From Octopus sinensis (taxonomy: Eukaryota), in NCBI RefSeq assembly GCF_006345805.1, contig NC_043013.1, forward strand, positions 7,936,001 through 8,000,000: DNA of 64,000 nucleotides. Reading direction: 5' to 3'. This document shows positions 26,193 through 38,835 of the stretch, in pieces. Position 1 is the first letter of the stretch. Each line of letters opens with the position of its first letter. The notes below the pieces were generated by a model, which did not search any database, was not told the origin of the DNA, and saw only the letters and a program-made list of their open reading frames with translations. A program made the position numbers and the translations under genes.

Positions 26193-27044
26193 ATTGATAT
26201 CGATGACTCCTCTATTGTATTTTTTTTTATTCATTTGCATACATTTAAAAATTTATTTTTTTGTTTGTTTGCTTTATATTTTCATTACAAGCCCATTGAC
26301 TCATCTCTGTCCATTCTGTTGCTTTAACAGCAGCAACAACAGCAACAGCAGTATTTGAGTCTTAAGCAGCCAACAGTATTCATTATATTAAATATTCTGC
26401 TACAGATTTATCACCTGATCTGAAAAATTTTTTCTTTGCTGTGGTTTTGTATCTTTTACTTTTTATTTGTTTCAGTTCTTAGACTACGACCATCCTGGAG
26501 CACTGGGTTGAAGAGTTTTTAGTCAAATGAATGAATAGCTCCCAGGACTTAGAATTTTCTATTGTTCAACCTGGTACCTATTCCATCGGTCTCTTTTGCT
26601 GAACTGCTTATTTATTTTACTGATCCTGAAAGGATGAAAAAGCAAAGACGACCTTTGTGGGATTTGAACTCAGATAGTAAAGATAGATGAAATGTCGCTA
26701 AGCATTTTGGCTAAAAGAAGATACTGTCCTTCACAATCTTTCTACCTATTAGATGGCCAGTCAGAATTTTCTCCAAAATTAAAAGAGAAAGAGAAAAACA
26801 TACATACATACCACTCACTCTCACACACACACACACACATGTAGATACATTCACTCATACATAAATACATGCATGCATGTATCTATACATATATACTTAC
26901 ATACACACACGATCGGATGGTGCTTTTTACATGCCACCGGCACGATGCCAGTCGGGGCAGTGCTGGCAACGGCCACGTTCGGATGGTTCTCTTACGTACC
27001 ACCGGCACTGGTATCACAGCTGCAATTTCCATTGATGTTGATCG

Positions 27045-27077
<33 letters not shown>

Positions 27078-27451
27078 ATATATGTATATATATGAAAAAA
27101 CAAGTCAAGATAGAAAATGCTAAACTAATTTTACAAAGAATATTTCAGTACCAGTTTCAGTCATTGAGACTTTTTCAACTGTAACAATTAAATAATTAAA
27201 TTTAGAAAAATTAAAAGAAAAGTTTTTTTAAAAGAATATTTGTATAGTGTTCAAATATAATTGGCATTTTCCTTGTTTCTGCCTTGTTTTTTCATATATA
27301 TCAACTCGTGTGTTCCTTTTCATCCTTATACATATATATATATAATTTAAACTGGTTGTTTGCATATCTGCATATATATGTATGTATATGTTCATATATG
27401 TAAGTATTCGTATGTTGTGTATATATATTTGTATTTATGTGCTGTGTATAT

Positions 27452-27505
27452 TCCACTGATGAGGCAAAGCATTTCTTATGCAGAGCCAGCAATCCGGGAT
27501 CTGGA
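27452..27505 (+). ncRNA. decayed hammerhead fold
   Basis: tcca-CTGATGA-ggc..gcc-(agca instead of GAAA)-atccgggat-C-tgga. Confidence 0.5.
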
Positions 27506-28023
27506 GTTATCCAGTAACATTTTGCTAGTTTATTTTGTTTTTTTTTGTCTTCTCTCCCGGTGCTGTATGAACAGTTAATGTGGTTTTAGAGTCAAGTTTT
27601 ACATACATACACATATACTCACACAGAGTTGAAACGCTGTTTGATTTTTTTTCGCGGTAGGACTTCCATCATCCCACTACCAAGTTTGTCATCACCCTTT
27701 CCTTCCTTGTTCATCTCTCACCCCTTCCTTTCTCATTCATATGTTGTGATGGAAAAAAAACACAAGGGTGTTATTATAGTAGATTTTAAAAAATGTTCCA
27801 TCAGTTTCACATTAATTTATATTCCAATCACTAGCTTAATAATGGTAGTTATTTTAATAAATTCTTCGTTATTTTCAAAATTAATTGGAAAAAAAACATC
27901 CCCAAAATTGCAATAAATTTCAATGTGAATGCTGTAACAAACGGTTAATATTTTCAGGGTCAGTATTGATATCAATTTAAACAATCATGCTCCATCTGAT
28001 ATAAAAACATGCAAATCTTGTAT

Positions 28024-28407
28024 CTCTTTTACTCTTTTACTTGTTTCAGTCATTTGACTGCGGCCATGCTGGAGCATTGCCTTTAGTCGAGCAAATCAAC
28101 CCCAGGACTTATTCTTTGTAAGCCTAGTACTTATTCTATCGGTCTCTTTTGCCGAACCGCTAAGTTATGGGGACGTAAACACACAAGCATCGGTTGTCAA
28201 GTGATGTTGGGGGGACAAACATAAACACACACACACATATATACGACGGGCTTCTTTCAGTTTCCGTCTACCAAATCCACTCACAAGGCTTTGGTCGGCC
28301 CAAGGCTATAGTAGAAGATACTTGCCCAAGGTGCCACGCAGTGGGACTGAACCTGGAACAATGTGGTTGGTAAGTAAGCTACCTACCACACGGCTACTCC
28401 TGCGCCT
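28024..28407 (-). mobile_element. family B SINE, full length
   Basis: Reverse complement of the 13336 family, ending cctgcgcc. Confidence 0.9.
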
Positions 28408-28469
28408 AGAGAAAAATATGGAACTCTTCACGAATTTGCGTGTCAAGATAAATATCAAATCAAAATTAT

Positions 28470-28802
28470 AGTTGTGATACCTGTGTTGGTGGCACGTAAA
28501 AAGCACCATCCGAACGTGGCTGATGCCAGCGCCGCCTTGACTGTCTTCTGTGCCGGTGGCACATAAAAAGCACCAACCGATTGTGGCCACTGCCAGCCTC
28601 CCCTGACACCTGTGCTGGTGGCACGTAAAAAGCACCCACTTACACTCACGGAGTGGTTGGCGTTAGGAAGGGCATCCAGCTGTAGAAACACTGCCAGATC
28701 AGACTGGAGCCTGGTGCAGCCTCCTGGCTTCCCAGACCCTGGTTGAACCGTCCAACCCATGCTAGCATGGAAAACAGACGTTAAATGATGATGATGATGA
28801 TG
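28470..28802 (+). mobile_element. family A retroposon
   Basis: Internal repeats plus tail ending (GAT)n. Confidence 0.85.
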
Positions 28803-29159
28803 ATAGCCACATTTGTGCCCAGTTTCTGTGATGCCGAAAGATGGTAAATGGTAATATGTAGTCCTTCACCAATAATCATATGGATGTTGTGATGTGAATC
28901 AACCAATGATCTTTTAAATTGTATGGTTTATCCTTGAATCGGATTGGAAAGGTTGCTGTTGTTATTACTGTTTTTGTTGTTGTTGTTGCTGCTGTTGCTG
29001 CTACTGTTGTTGTTGTTGTTGTTGAGTAGCCCCAATCAGCTTTGCTTAAGTAGTCTTTATAATCATGGAAGTAGCTGACTAGAAATTCGTTGATCAGCAA
29101 TTCTTGTTATGGCCATCCAACATCTGTATGTGCTTTTAGTCAGTAGAAGCTGGGGATTG

Positions 29160-29356
29160 ATGGTGGGTGGTGATGGTGGCGGCAATGGTGGCAGTGGTGG
29201 CATTTGTAGTGGTGGTGGCAGTGGTGATTGTAGTGGTGGTGGTGGTGATTGTGGTGATAGTGGTGGTAGTGGTGGTGGTTGTGGAGGTGGTAGTTATGGT
29301 AGTGGTGGTGGTGTTGGAGGTGGTGGTGGTGATGGTGGTGGTGGTGATGATGATGG
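29160..29356. repeat. degenerate (GGT)n tract
   Basis: Direct reading; gives spurious poly-G/V/H ORFs. Confidence 0.9.
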
Positions 29357-30498
29357 TGTCTTGTGTAGGTAAGAGTATGGGAAGGGATTACCTGGAGTGG
29401 GATGATATTCCACGTAAAATACTGAAGGTTATTAATTATTGGAGAGTGTATGCGCAGAAGTGAGTTCCAAAGACAAAGATCTATAAAAGAAAAAAATGGA
29501 AAAAAAAAAAAACACAAGCCAATGATGGTGTCTCTATGTGTTTGTTTTAACCAGCTAGAAATAACAGCTAAATTTTCCTTAAATAATACCCTATTGTCTT
29601 CAAAATGGAGGAAAATGCCTGAAAAAAAATCCTCAAAGAAAGTAGAACAAAACAAAACAAAAAAACTGAATGGTTGGAATGCCTTCAATCAAAGGTCTGC
29701 TTGATCAAGTCTAACCTGGAGTTAAACAATCTCTAGTGATTTAGGAAATGGTTAAACATCTCCATTGTCATCATCATCATCATCGTCTTCTTTGTCTTCA
29801 GCATCGTTGTTGTCGTTGTCATCATCATCATCATTATCATTATCATCATCATCTTTTAACATCTTTCTTATATGCTGGCATGAGTCGGATAGTTTGACAG
29901 GATTTGGTGGATCAGAGGAACGGATCATGCTTCAAAGTTTGCTTTGGCATAGTTTCTGTGACTGGATGCCCTTCTTAATGCCAACCACTTATGGAGTGGA
30001 CTAACATAGTGAAGAATCTCAATAGTTTTTCTTAAACTTTCATCTCTTACTTATTTCATTCATTCATTCACCTGTGGCAATGTTGGGGCACCAACTTGAA
30101 AGATTTTGTTAAACTAATCAATCCCACTAATTGTTCTTTTTTAAAGCCTAGTATTTAGTCTATCAGTCTCTTTTGCCAAACCACTAAGTTCGTTTAACGT
30201 CCACTTTCCATGCTAGCATGGGTTGGACGATTTTGACTGAGGGCTGGCTGCACCAGGCTCCAATATAGATTTGGCAGAGTTTCTACAGCTGGATGCCCAT
30301 CCTAATGCCAACCACTCCGAGAGTGTAGTTGGTGCTTTTACATGCCACTGGCACAAGAACCAGTCAGGCGGTACTGGCAACGACCTCACTCGAATCTTTT
30401 TACACATGCCACCAGCACAGGTGCCAGTAAGGCGATGTTAGGAACATAAACAAACCAACATTGGCTCTCAAGTGGTTGCAGTAGGGAAACACACACGT

Positions 30499-30540
<42 letters not shown>

Positions 30541-30869
30541 CACACAGAGGTAAATATACATGATGGACTTCTTTCAGTTTCCGCCTACCAAATCCACTCA
30601 CAAGACTTTGGTCGACCAGGGATTTAGTAGAAGTAGGACTGAACCATGGAATTTTTTCTTATTTTATTCATTTGCCGTTTTTCATTAATCTTCAGTGTGA
30701 TGCATATTTGAAAGTCATTTTATCACCCATGACATCATCATGGTCAAGTGTTGAACCAACTGGAGGACCTGTGTATGGATGTTTGACCTGTTAGGAATAA
30801 CTGCAAAATCTCCCTCAAATTACACCCTAATGTCTTAAAGTAGAACATATTAAATGATGCATTCTAGAT

Positions 30870-31770
30870 CAGTGGTTCTCAACCAGGGTCTACCTGACCC
30901 TTGAGGGCCCACCTAAGATCTTGTTGTTAAAATTTATGTGCAATAAATCAGTTATGCTTTTACACTATACAATATTTTAACAAGTTTCATTTATATATTA
31001 TTCCTAATCATCATCATCATCATCATCATCACCATCATTTAACGTCCATTTTCCATGCTGGCATGGGTTGGATGGTTTGACTGAAAACTAGTAAGCTGGG
31101 GAGCTGCACCAGGTTCCTATCTGATTTGGCATGGCTTCTACGGCTGGATGCCCTTCCTAATGCCAACCACTCCAAAGAATGTAGTGGGTGCTTTTAACAT
31201 GCCATTGGCATGGTTACCAGTTATGTAGCGTCGGCATTGACCACAACTACAATCTCACTTGACTTCACAGGTCTTTTCAAGCATGATATATTCTTTTCTA
31301 CACTAGGCACAAGGCCCGAAATTTGGGGAGAGGGGGCCAGTTGATTAGATCGACCCCGGTATGCATCTGATACTTAATTTATTGATCCCGAAAGGATGAA
31401 AGGCAAAGTTGACCTTGGCGGAATTTGAACTCAGAACATAAAGACAGACGAAATACCACTAAGCATTTTGCCCAGCATGCTAATGCTTCTGCCAGTTCGC
31501 CGCCTTTCAAACATGGTACATCACCAAAGGTCTTGGTCACTTGTCACTACCTCTGTGAGGCCCAATGTTTGAACAGTGCTTTTTATGTGCCATCAGCACG
31601 GGTACCAGTTATGTGGTACTGGCATCAGCCACTACTATGATTTCACTTGCCTTGACAGGTCTTCTTAATCATGGCATATTTTCCAGAATTTTTTAAACGT
31701 TGAATGGTTATGAGGGTCCATGCGACTGAAATATGAATCAAAGGGAGTTCATGGATGAAAAATGGTTGTA
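30870..31770. mobile_element. hAT-type MITE with nested family A and D retroposons
   Basis: Left end cagtggttctcaacc; right end degenerate (aaaatggttg..). Confidence 0.45.
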
Positions 31771-32271
31771 GATAGACAGTGCTTGACAAAAACACTGAAT
31801 AAGCAGATATCATTTATTAGAAGATACTTGCTCAAGGCACCATGCAGTAGTACTGAACCCATAACCATGTGGGTTGGGAAGCAAACTTCTTAACCATGTG
31901 GACTGATGTAAACATCTTGTCTCTATATACAATATCTTGAAACAAATCTCCATGTAGCAGTAATGTAGCAGTAATTTATTAATTAAATTGCTTATCAATT
32001 TATTAATTAAATTGCCTATCAAGAATGCATTATAATACAATATGCAAATCTGTAATCTAATTTACTTGAGCCCACTATTACTAAGAGCTTAAACGTATTT
32101 CTGGACAATGAGTACTCAGTGACTAATGAAATTCCAACACCGGACTGAAACCAATCCAATTGCCTCCTTCTTTTTCTGACTAAGAAGACAAATTGCACGT
32201 TTATACATACAATGTTAGTTAAAGATTTATGATACACACATACATACATACACACACATATAATATAAATA

Positions 32272-32634
32272 GGCGCAGGCATGGCTGTGTGGTAAGAAGC
32301 TTGCTTCCTAACCACATGGCTCCAGGTTCAGTTCCACTGCATGGCACCTTGAGCAAGTGACTTCTACTATAGCCTTGGGCTGACCAAAACCTTATGAATG
32401 GATTTGGTAGACGGAAACTGAAAGGAGCCCATCATATATATATATATGTATGTATATATTTGTATGTTTATGTCTGTGTTTGTCCCATCGCTTAGCGGTT
32501 CAACAAAAGAGACCGATAGAATAAATACCAGGCCTACAAAGAATAAGTCCAGGGGGTCAATATCTTCGACTAAAAGGTAGTGCTCTAGCATGGCCACACT
32601 CAAAAATGACTGAAACAAATAAAAGAATAAAAGA

Positions 32635-32637
<3 letters not shown>
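32272..32637 (+). mobile_element. family B SINE
   Basis: ggcgcaggcatggctgtgtggtaagaag...aaacaaataaaaga. Confidence 0.85.
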
Positions 32638-32679
<42 letters not shown>

Positions 32680-33149
32680 TATATATATACATATATGTGT
32701 GTATGTGTATGTATATATATATATATATATATATACATATATATGTATATTTATTACAAAATAACAGCGAAACAAAACCCTGCTAATGCACCAGGAATTG
32801 ATTATCTTCAGAGTACAAATATCAAGTGTATAACTAACATCTAGTATAACTAATCATCATCACCATCGTCATCTTCATCATCGTCGTAATCATCATTTGA
32901 TATTGATCTTTTATGCTGGCATGGGTTGGATGCTTTGACTGGCTCCAATGAGGCAGGGAAATATATCAGGCTCTAGTGTCTGTTAATATCTTAAAATCTA
33001 TGAATATCTACTGTGTGACTACAAAGCTTGTCTGAAATCTTTTATTGGTGTAAAAGTGAAAAAAACCCCAAAAAAACAATGGACAAAAGTTTTTCATTAT
33101 TTACATTATTTACATTTGATGGATATTTGTCCTCATCTTGTTTGTTGTT

Positions 33150-33195
33150 AACACAACGTTTCGGCTGATATACCCTCCAGCCTTCTTCAGGTGTC
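33150..33195 (-). ncRNA. minimal type-I hammerhead ribozyme fold
   Basis: Reverse complement: gacac-CTGAAGA-a-ggctg-gagggtatat-cagcc-GAAA-cgt-T-gtgtt; 5-bp stems I and II, ACGU palindromic stem III. Confidence 0.8.
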
Positions 33196-33252
33196 TGAGA
33201 ACCCAGGTTCGAAATTTCTCCAAGACACCTGAAGACGATGAAGACAAATATC

Positions 33253-33448
33253 GGCGATCCTTTGGTATAGGTACCGTAAGTACCTGAAGTGGCTTTGTTT
33301 ACATTTCTGAAGATAACAGAAACCCTTTTCTCCCACCCCTAACCCTAACCCTAACACAAACCCTAACCCCACTGCCCCATATATATATAAAAAAAACACT
33401 TTCTTGAAATGTATCCGGTACTTCCGGTACCTATATCGAAGTTACGCC
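33253..33448. mobile_element. 196-bp MITE with GG-start TIRs, 8-bp TSD and (CCCTAA) repeats (Merlin-like)
   Basis: TSD caaatatc at 33245-33252 and 33449-33456; imperfect ~35-bp TIR ggcg....tataggtaccg.aagtacc.ga. Confidence 0.8.
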
Positions 33449-33977
33449 CAAATATCCATCGAATGTAAATAATGTAAATAATGTACATAATTCCTCATCT
33501 CTTAAATATAGAACTGAAAAGTTTTTCAATTTCATTCTTTCTTCCCTTTAAACCACTGCTTCCATAAGACAAAATAATGACAAAAAAACTATTAGTGACT
33601 TAATGACCTTTAGAGCTAGAGAAAAATTCAGTTTAATTTTTTTTCCAGCCAGATGACCAGTGCTTTTGTTGACCAATGGGAAAGTGTATAAAGTGTAAAT
33701 ATTTCCTTGTTGCTTAAGTACACATTAACCCGTTTACTGTAGAAATCAGAATTATCCACTCAAAATTTCATTACCCTTAACTGCAGAAAGCAGTTTGGTA
33801 TATTGATCTATGTTTTGTTGAAGAATGTCACGTTTGAAACTATTTTCTTAAGCCATGTCAAGTTTTGGCACAAAGCCATCCATTTCAGGGGAGGGAGTAA
33901 CTTGATTACATCGACCCCTGTGTTCATTTGGTACTTATTTTATTGACCCTGAAAGGACGAAAGGCAAAGTTGACCTT

Positions 33978-34300
33978 TTCTTGTTTTTTTGTTTTTGTTT
34001 TTATTCCTTCTCGAGCCATGCCTGGCTCACAAGGGCCGGTTTCCTGGTTTCTTGGCGTATAGGTTCCCCACCTGGTCGGGACACCAGTCTGTTGCAGGTG
34101 AGCTGCAAGATGCAAGAAGAAAGAGCGAGAGAAAGTTGTGCCAAAAGAGTCAGTAGAAGTTTGCCATTACCTTCTGCTGGAGCCACATGGAGCTTAGGTG
34201 TTTCGTTCATAAACACACACATCGCCCGGTCTGAGATTCGAACCGGCAATCCCTCGACCGCAAGTCCGCTGCTCTAACCACTAGGCCATGTGCCTCCACC
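33978..34300 (-). mobile_element. family C SINE (second tail type) nested in a family D SINE
   Basis: The D sequence aaagttgacctt|ccttggtggaatttgaac is interrupted by this copy. Confidence 0.85.
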
Positions 34301-34541
34301 TTGGTGGAATTTGAACTCAGAATGTTAAAAATGAATGAGATGCTGCCAAGCATTTTGCCCAGCGTGTTAACGATTCTGTCAGCTCATCACCTCACATGTC
34401 AAATTTATTGAGGTAATGTGACTTACAGAAAATATCAGTTCTATTTTTTGGTAGATATTTAGAATTATTGCTGGAATAACCATGAAATTTAATCTTGTAA
34501 TGAAAGGGTTAGCACTCTAGATTCTTAGACTTTTTAGAACA

Positions 34542-35040
34542 GAATATTATGACTGGCCCTGGGAAGAATATATGGAGGCGGTTCATGAGAGGAAGCTTGC
34601 TAACCCTTCAGCAATCATATTTCTCTGTCAAACGAAAAGCTTCTTTATTCACATTAATATAAATTAGTCATAACTTATCTTGTAGCTTTGAGATCTCAGT
34701 GACATGATTGCTTATTTTTAGAATAATATTCTAGGGTAAGTGTGAGAGGCCTTATCTGGCCTGCTTGAAGATAAAACAGGTAGATTATTATCACCAGATA
34801 TAGCCAGTGTAAATGCTAAAGGGTAAAATACCAGGAGTAGGTAGAACAGTGCAGAAACTAGGGCTCTCAGGGACGTTATGACGCAATTGAAATGGGCTGC
34901 TGGGGTTTTGTGGGGCTTTCATTCTGCAAAGATCTGACTGGGCTTGGGTGTTGCTAGTGCAGCAAAGAGGAAGGCCATAAGTTTCATTACTGAAGCTGCG
35001 AAGAAGGCTTTTAGGTGCCTCTGGACAAAAAGGGGACAGC
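34542..35040 (+). pseudogene. decayed HERO/R2-group LINE restriction-like endonuclease domain, split by a MITE
   Basis: PWEEYMEAVHERKLA [MITE] KYQE*VEQCRN*GSQGRYDAIEMGCWGFVGLSFCKDLTGLG/VASAAKRKAISFITEAAKKAFRCLWTKRG. Confidence 0.75.
34604..34823. mobile_element. piggyBac-type MITE
   Basis: cccttcagca...tgctaaaggg; same family as 45262-45480. Confidence 0.7.
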
Positions 35041-35062
35041 TCAGTGATTTGCTGTTATCGGG

Positions 35063-35432
35063 ACGTAAGCTTTGCCTTGAGGAACTTTTAGTCAAATGTA
35101 TTGACCCCAGTACTTACTTTTTTAAAAGCCTGGTACTTATTCTATTGGTCACTGTTGCTGAACTGCTAAGTTACAGGGGCATAAACACACCAGTACCAGT
35201 TATCAGGAGGTGATGGTGGGGGACAAATATGGACACAAAGACACACACACATAGATACAGGATGTATCCATATATATGATGGGCTTCTTTCAGTTTTCTT
35301 CTGCTGAATCCACTCATATGGCTTTGGTTGGTCCAAGGCTATAGTAAAAGACATTTGCCCAAGGTGCCACGCAGTGGAACTGAACCGGAACTATATGTTT
35401 GCGAAGCAAGTGTCTTACCACACAACCATACC
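35063..35432 (-). mobile_element. family B SINE
   Basis: Reverse-complement body and head. Confidence 0.75.
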
Positions 35433-35473
35433 TATATATATATATATATAATATATATATATATATACACACC

Positions 35474-35552
<79 letters not shown>

Positions 35553-35584
35553 CATATATACATATATACATATATACATATATA

Positions 35585-35619
<35 letters not shown>

Positions 35620-35812
35620 TTTATATATATATATACATACATACACACAGATCTTAGGCTTCATTAGTATAGCTATTTCAAACCTTTAATCATACACCTA
35701 TAATGAAAAATTGAAAGAAAAAAAAATTTTCTCAAGTTATTCTGGGAAACATTACTAATTTTATTAATGTCTCATCTTTTAGAAACCTATTTAAAATATT
35801 TTTTTTCTCCAG

Positions 35813-36020
35813 ATCAGTCTAATCTAGCTGCTCAGGATGATGCTAAGCTGATTACCAAGAGTAGATTATGCTCCACCCCCCCTCTTGATTGCATGTTTGC
35901 ACTTTACAAGCTGTATCCGACTCAAGCAAAGTTGCGTTGCATTCCTTAAAATTCTTTCCTTATCACAGAAAGTTTCATATTTTCTCTTCTTCCTGCCACG
36001 ACCTCTCCAGAAATTTTGAT
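35813..36020 (+). CDS. candidate exon (one in-frame TAA; alternative acceptor at 35969)
   Basis: ttttttctccAG acceptor, gat|GTAAGT donor; xQSNLAAQDDAKLITKSRL...CIP*NSFLITESFIFSLLPATTSPEIL; phase-compatible with the 36774 candidate. Confidence 0.3.
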
Positions 36021-36367
36021 GTAAGTTGATTAAAATAGTGATATGAAGGGGTATTTGAATTTAATTTTTGTAAATTTTGTGTTTTGCTTTTTTACTGAAA
36101 TAGTAGCTGGGAAGTTAATGATTTCAAAATGATGAATTTTAATTTGGTTTCTAGAGCTGATTCTTGTCTTCATCCATCATTTCTTTCTTTCTTTTACTCT
36201 TGTTTTTTTTTGGGTTTTTTTCCATACCGGCATGGGTTTGAGGTATACTTATTACTGAGGTGTTATTTTACACAGCTGGATTCCTTCCTTATAACTAACC
36301 CTTTCCAGGTGAGGGTTAGTGATAAGTAGGGTATCCAGCTGTAATATAGTATTGTAATAGTGATAGC

Positions 36368-36630
36368 GTGGAGGTGCGTGGCTTAGTGGTTAGGGTGTCA
36401 GCATCATGATCGTATGATTGTGGTTTCGATTCCTTGATCAGGCGACGCGTTGTGTTCTTGAGCAAAACACTTCATTTCACGTTGCTCCAGTGCACTCAGA
36501 TGGCAAAAATGAGTAACACCGCGATGGACTGGCATCCCATCCAGCTTGGGAACACATATGCTATGGAAACCGGGAAACCGGGTCCATGAGACTGGTTAGG
36601 CTTTAAAAGGGCGCATTTATTATTTTTTAA
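36368..36630 (+). mobile_element. family E SINE
   Basis: gtggaggtgcgtggcttagtggttagg..tgttcttgagcaaaacac..actggcatcccatcc. Confidence 0.8.
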
Positions 36631-36773
36631 TAGTGATAGCATCATAGTCCAATGGCTGAAACAAGTAAAAGAACATAAAAAAATAAACAAAATAATACTA
36701 TGTGCCATGTTTTCCAAACTATCTTTGTTTAAGGTGATAGTTATGAGGTAAATTTGGCTACCATTTCTTGCAG

Positions 36774-36869
36774 GTTGAATGACCTTATAGAGGATACCTC
36801 TACTGTTGTTGTTATTGCTGGAGATGAAGTTGCACAAAGTAATTCTTTTGTTGGAGGATTGGATAATAA
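36774..36869 (+). CDS. candidate exon xLNDLIEDTSTVVVIAGDEVAQSNSFVGGLDN
   Basis: ccatttcttgcAG acceptor, only one open frame; donors at 36839 (gtaatt) or 36870 (gtaaaa). Confidence 0.45.
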
Positions 36870-38060
36870 GTAAAATTCAGCTTCTTCAGTGAACACTTTC
36901 AGACTGCAACCATACTGGGGTACCGATTCAAAGAATTTTTAGTTGAGTGAATCAAACCTAGAACTTATTTTTAAGGTCTGATACTTATTCTATCGGTCTC
37001 TTTTTACAGATATGTACACACACCAACACTAGCTGTCAAGCAGTGATGGGCAACAAACACACACACATATATATATATATATATATGCAATGGGCTTCTT
37101 TTAGTTTCCACTTACCCAATACACTCACAAAGTTGGTTGACCTTCAGGACAACCTACTTTGTGAGTCTGTAACAATGTATATCTTCTTGAAAATTCAGTA
37201 ACTTCTAAACTGGAGTGAGACAGCATGTTCTTTGTCTATCTCCTTAACTTCTTGGAGATTTTAGGTATAATTATACTAATGTGTCCATCTGTTCTAATTT
37301 AATTAAATTCTATGTCTTTGAGCAGCTGAAGATTGCTCTGCATTTTAAACTGATGTAATGATTGGATTAGGAGACAATATTTAAAAGCTGCAAAGGTGGC
37401 AAGCTGGCAGAATCATTAGCACACTGGGAAAATTGTCCAGTGGCATTTCATTCATCTTTACATTCTGAGTTCAAATGCTGCTGGGGCTGATTTTGTTTTC
37501 ATCCTTTCAGTGGTCAATAAAATAAGTACGATTTGAGCACTGGGATTGATGTAATCGACTTACCCCACTCTCACGAAATTGCAGGCCTTGTGCCAAAATT
37601 TGAAATGCAGTGGGATTGAACTTGGAAACATATGGTTGGGAAGCAAGTTTCTTACCACACAGCCACACCTGCATCTATAACTAGTTTTTAGAAATTCTTT
37701 TCTTTTAACATAAGTGGAACACCTTTTCTTTTTTGTATTGATCTGGTCTGGAGGAAGGGGCTGTGTCCAATGCTTTTGTAGGCTCTCTCTCAGATCAGTG
37801 AAACCAGTTAACTATGAGTCAATACTTTACTGTGTGAAGGTGCATTGAATAGTGGTTAGGGCATTTGGCACACAACTGTAAGGCCGTGAGTTCAATTTCT
37901 GGTGGTGCATTGTGTGTTTGAACAAAACACTTTGTTTCATGTTGCTTTTCTTCATATTTTCATGTCCACTCAGTTGACAAAAATGAGTTGTACCTGTATT
38001 TGAAAGGGCCAGCTTTGTCACATTCTGTGTCATGCTGAATCTCCCTGAGAACTACATTAA

Positions 38061-38279
38061 CCCTTTTGTTACCGTATTTATTTTGAGACGCTCTGTGTTT
38101 CTTTCAATTATTTTAAATATAACAAAGAATTTAGTAAAATAACTTAGCCATCATTAAACTAGTGTTAGGAACATAAATTGTGACTAAGGTTGGTGGAAGA
38201 TTTTAATTCAAAACTTATGAAAACAAGACATTTGTACTACAGAGCCACACCGGTTTCAGCCGGGTTGGTAACGAAAGGG
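38061..38279. mobile_element. piggyBac-type MITE inserted at TTAA inside a family E SINE
   Basis: gagaactaca-TTAA|cccttttgttacc...ggtaacgaaaggg|TTAA-gggtac; the empty site in other copies reads gagaactacgttaagggtac. Confidence 0.9.
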
Positions 38280-38835
38280 TTAAGGGTACGTGTGTCCACC
38301 ACAGAAACTGGGAAACCTGCCCTAAGAGTCTGTCTATATGATTTGGAAAGGTTTTTTTTAATCTTATATCTATTTAATATGGAAGACGGATGTTACATAA
38401 TAATGTAACTTGATCTAGTCTCAGAGTATGCAATAGAATAAATGTTTCAAGTGAACATGTATAGTTTTTCAATTGATTCATGAATCTAGGATGTTTAACT
38501 TTTTGTTATGTTGCTAAAACGAAAAAAGAAACATGCTGTTTTGACCTATAACTTACTGTGGTTCCTGGATTAGAAGACAATATTTAATAGCTGCAAAGGT
38601 GGCGAGCTGGCAGAATCATTAGCATGCTGAGAAAAATGCCTAGTGGCATTTCACTCGTCTTTACATTTTGAGTTCAAATGCTGCTGGGGCCGACTTTGCT
38701 TTCGTCCTTTCAGTCGTCAATAAAATAAGTACGACTTGAGCACTGGGATTGATGTAATTAACTTACCCCTCCCCCCACGAAATTGCAGGCCTTCTGCCAA
38801 AATTTGAAACCATTATAATAATAATTATTATTATT

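Larger units (their letters stand above)
33095..33515. mobile_element. inverted-repeat Penelope-like remnant with intact hammerhead fold
   Basis: 33095-33196 is inverted relative to 33222-33490 (agacacctgaaga..gacaaatatc..catcgaatgtaaataatgtaaataatg). Confidence 0.7.

Noticed and set aside
29140-29688. His-rich and Gly-rich ORFs
   Set aside because: Derived from the (GGT)n tract.
33337-33372. Chromosome telomere
   Set aside because: Only a few hexamers, internal to a TSD-flanked MITE.
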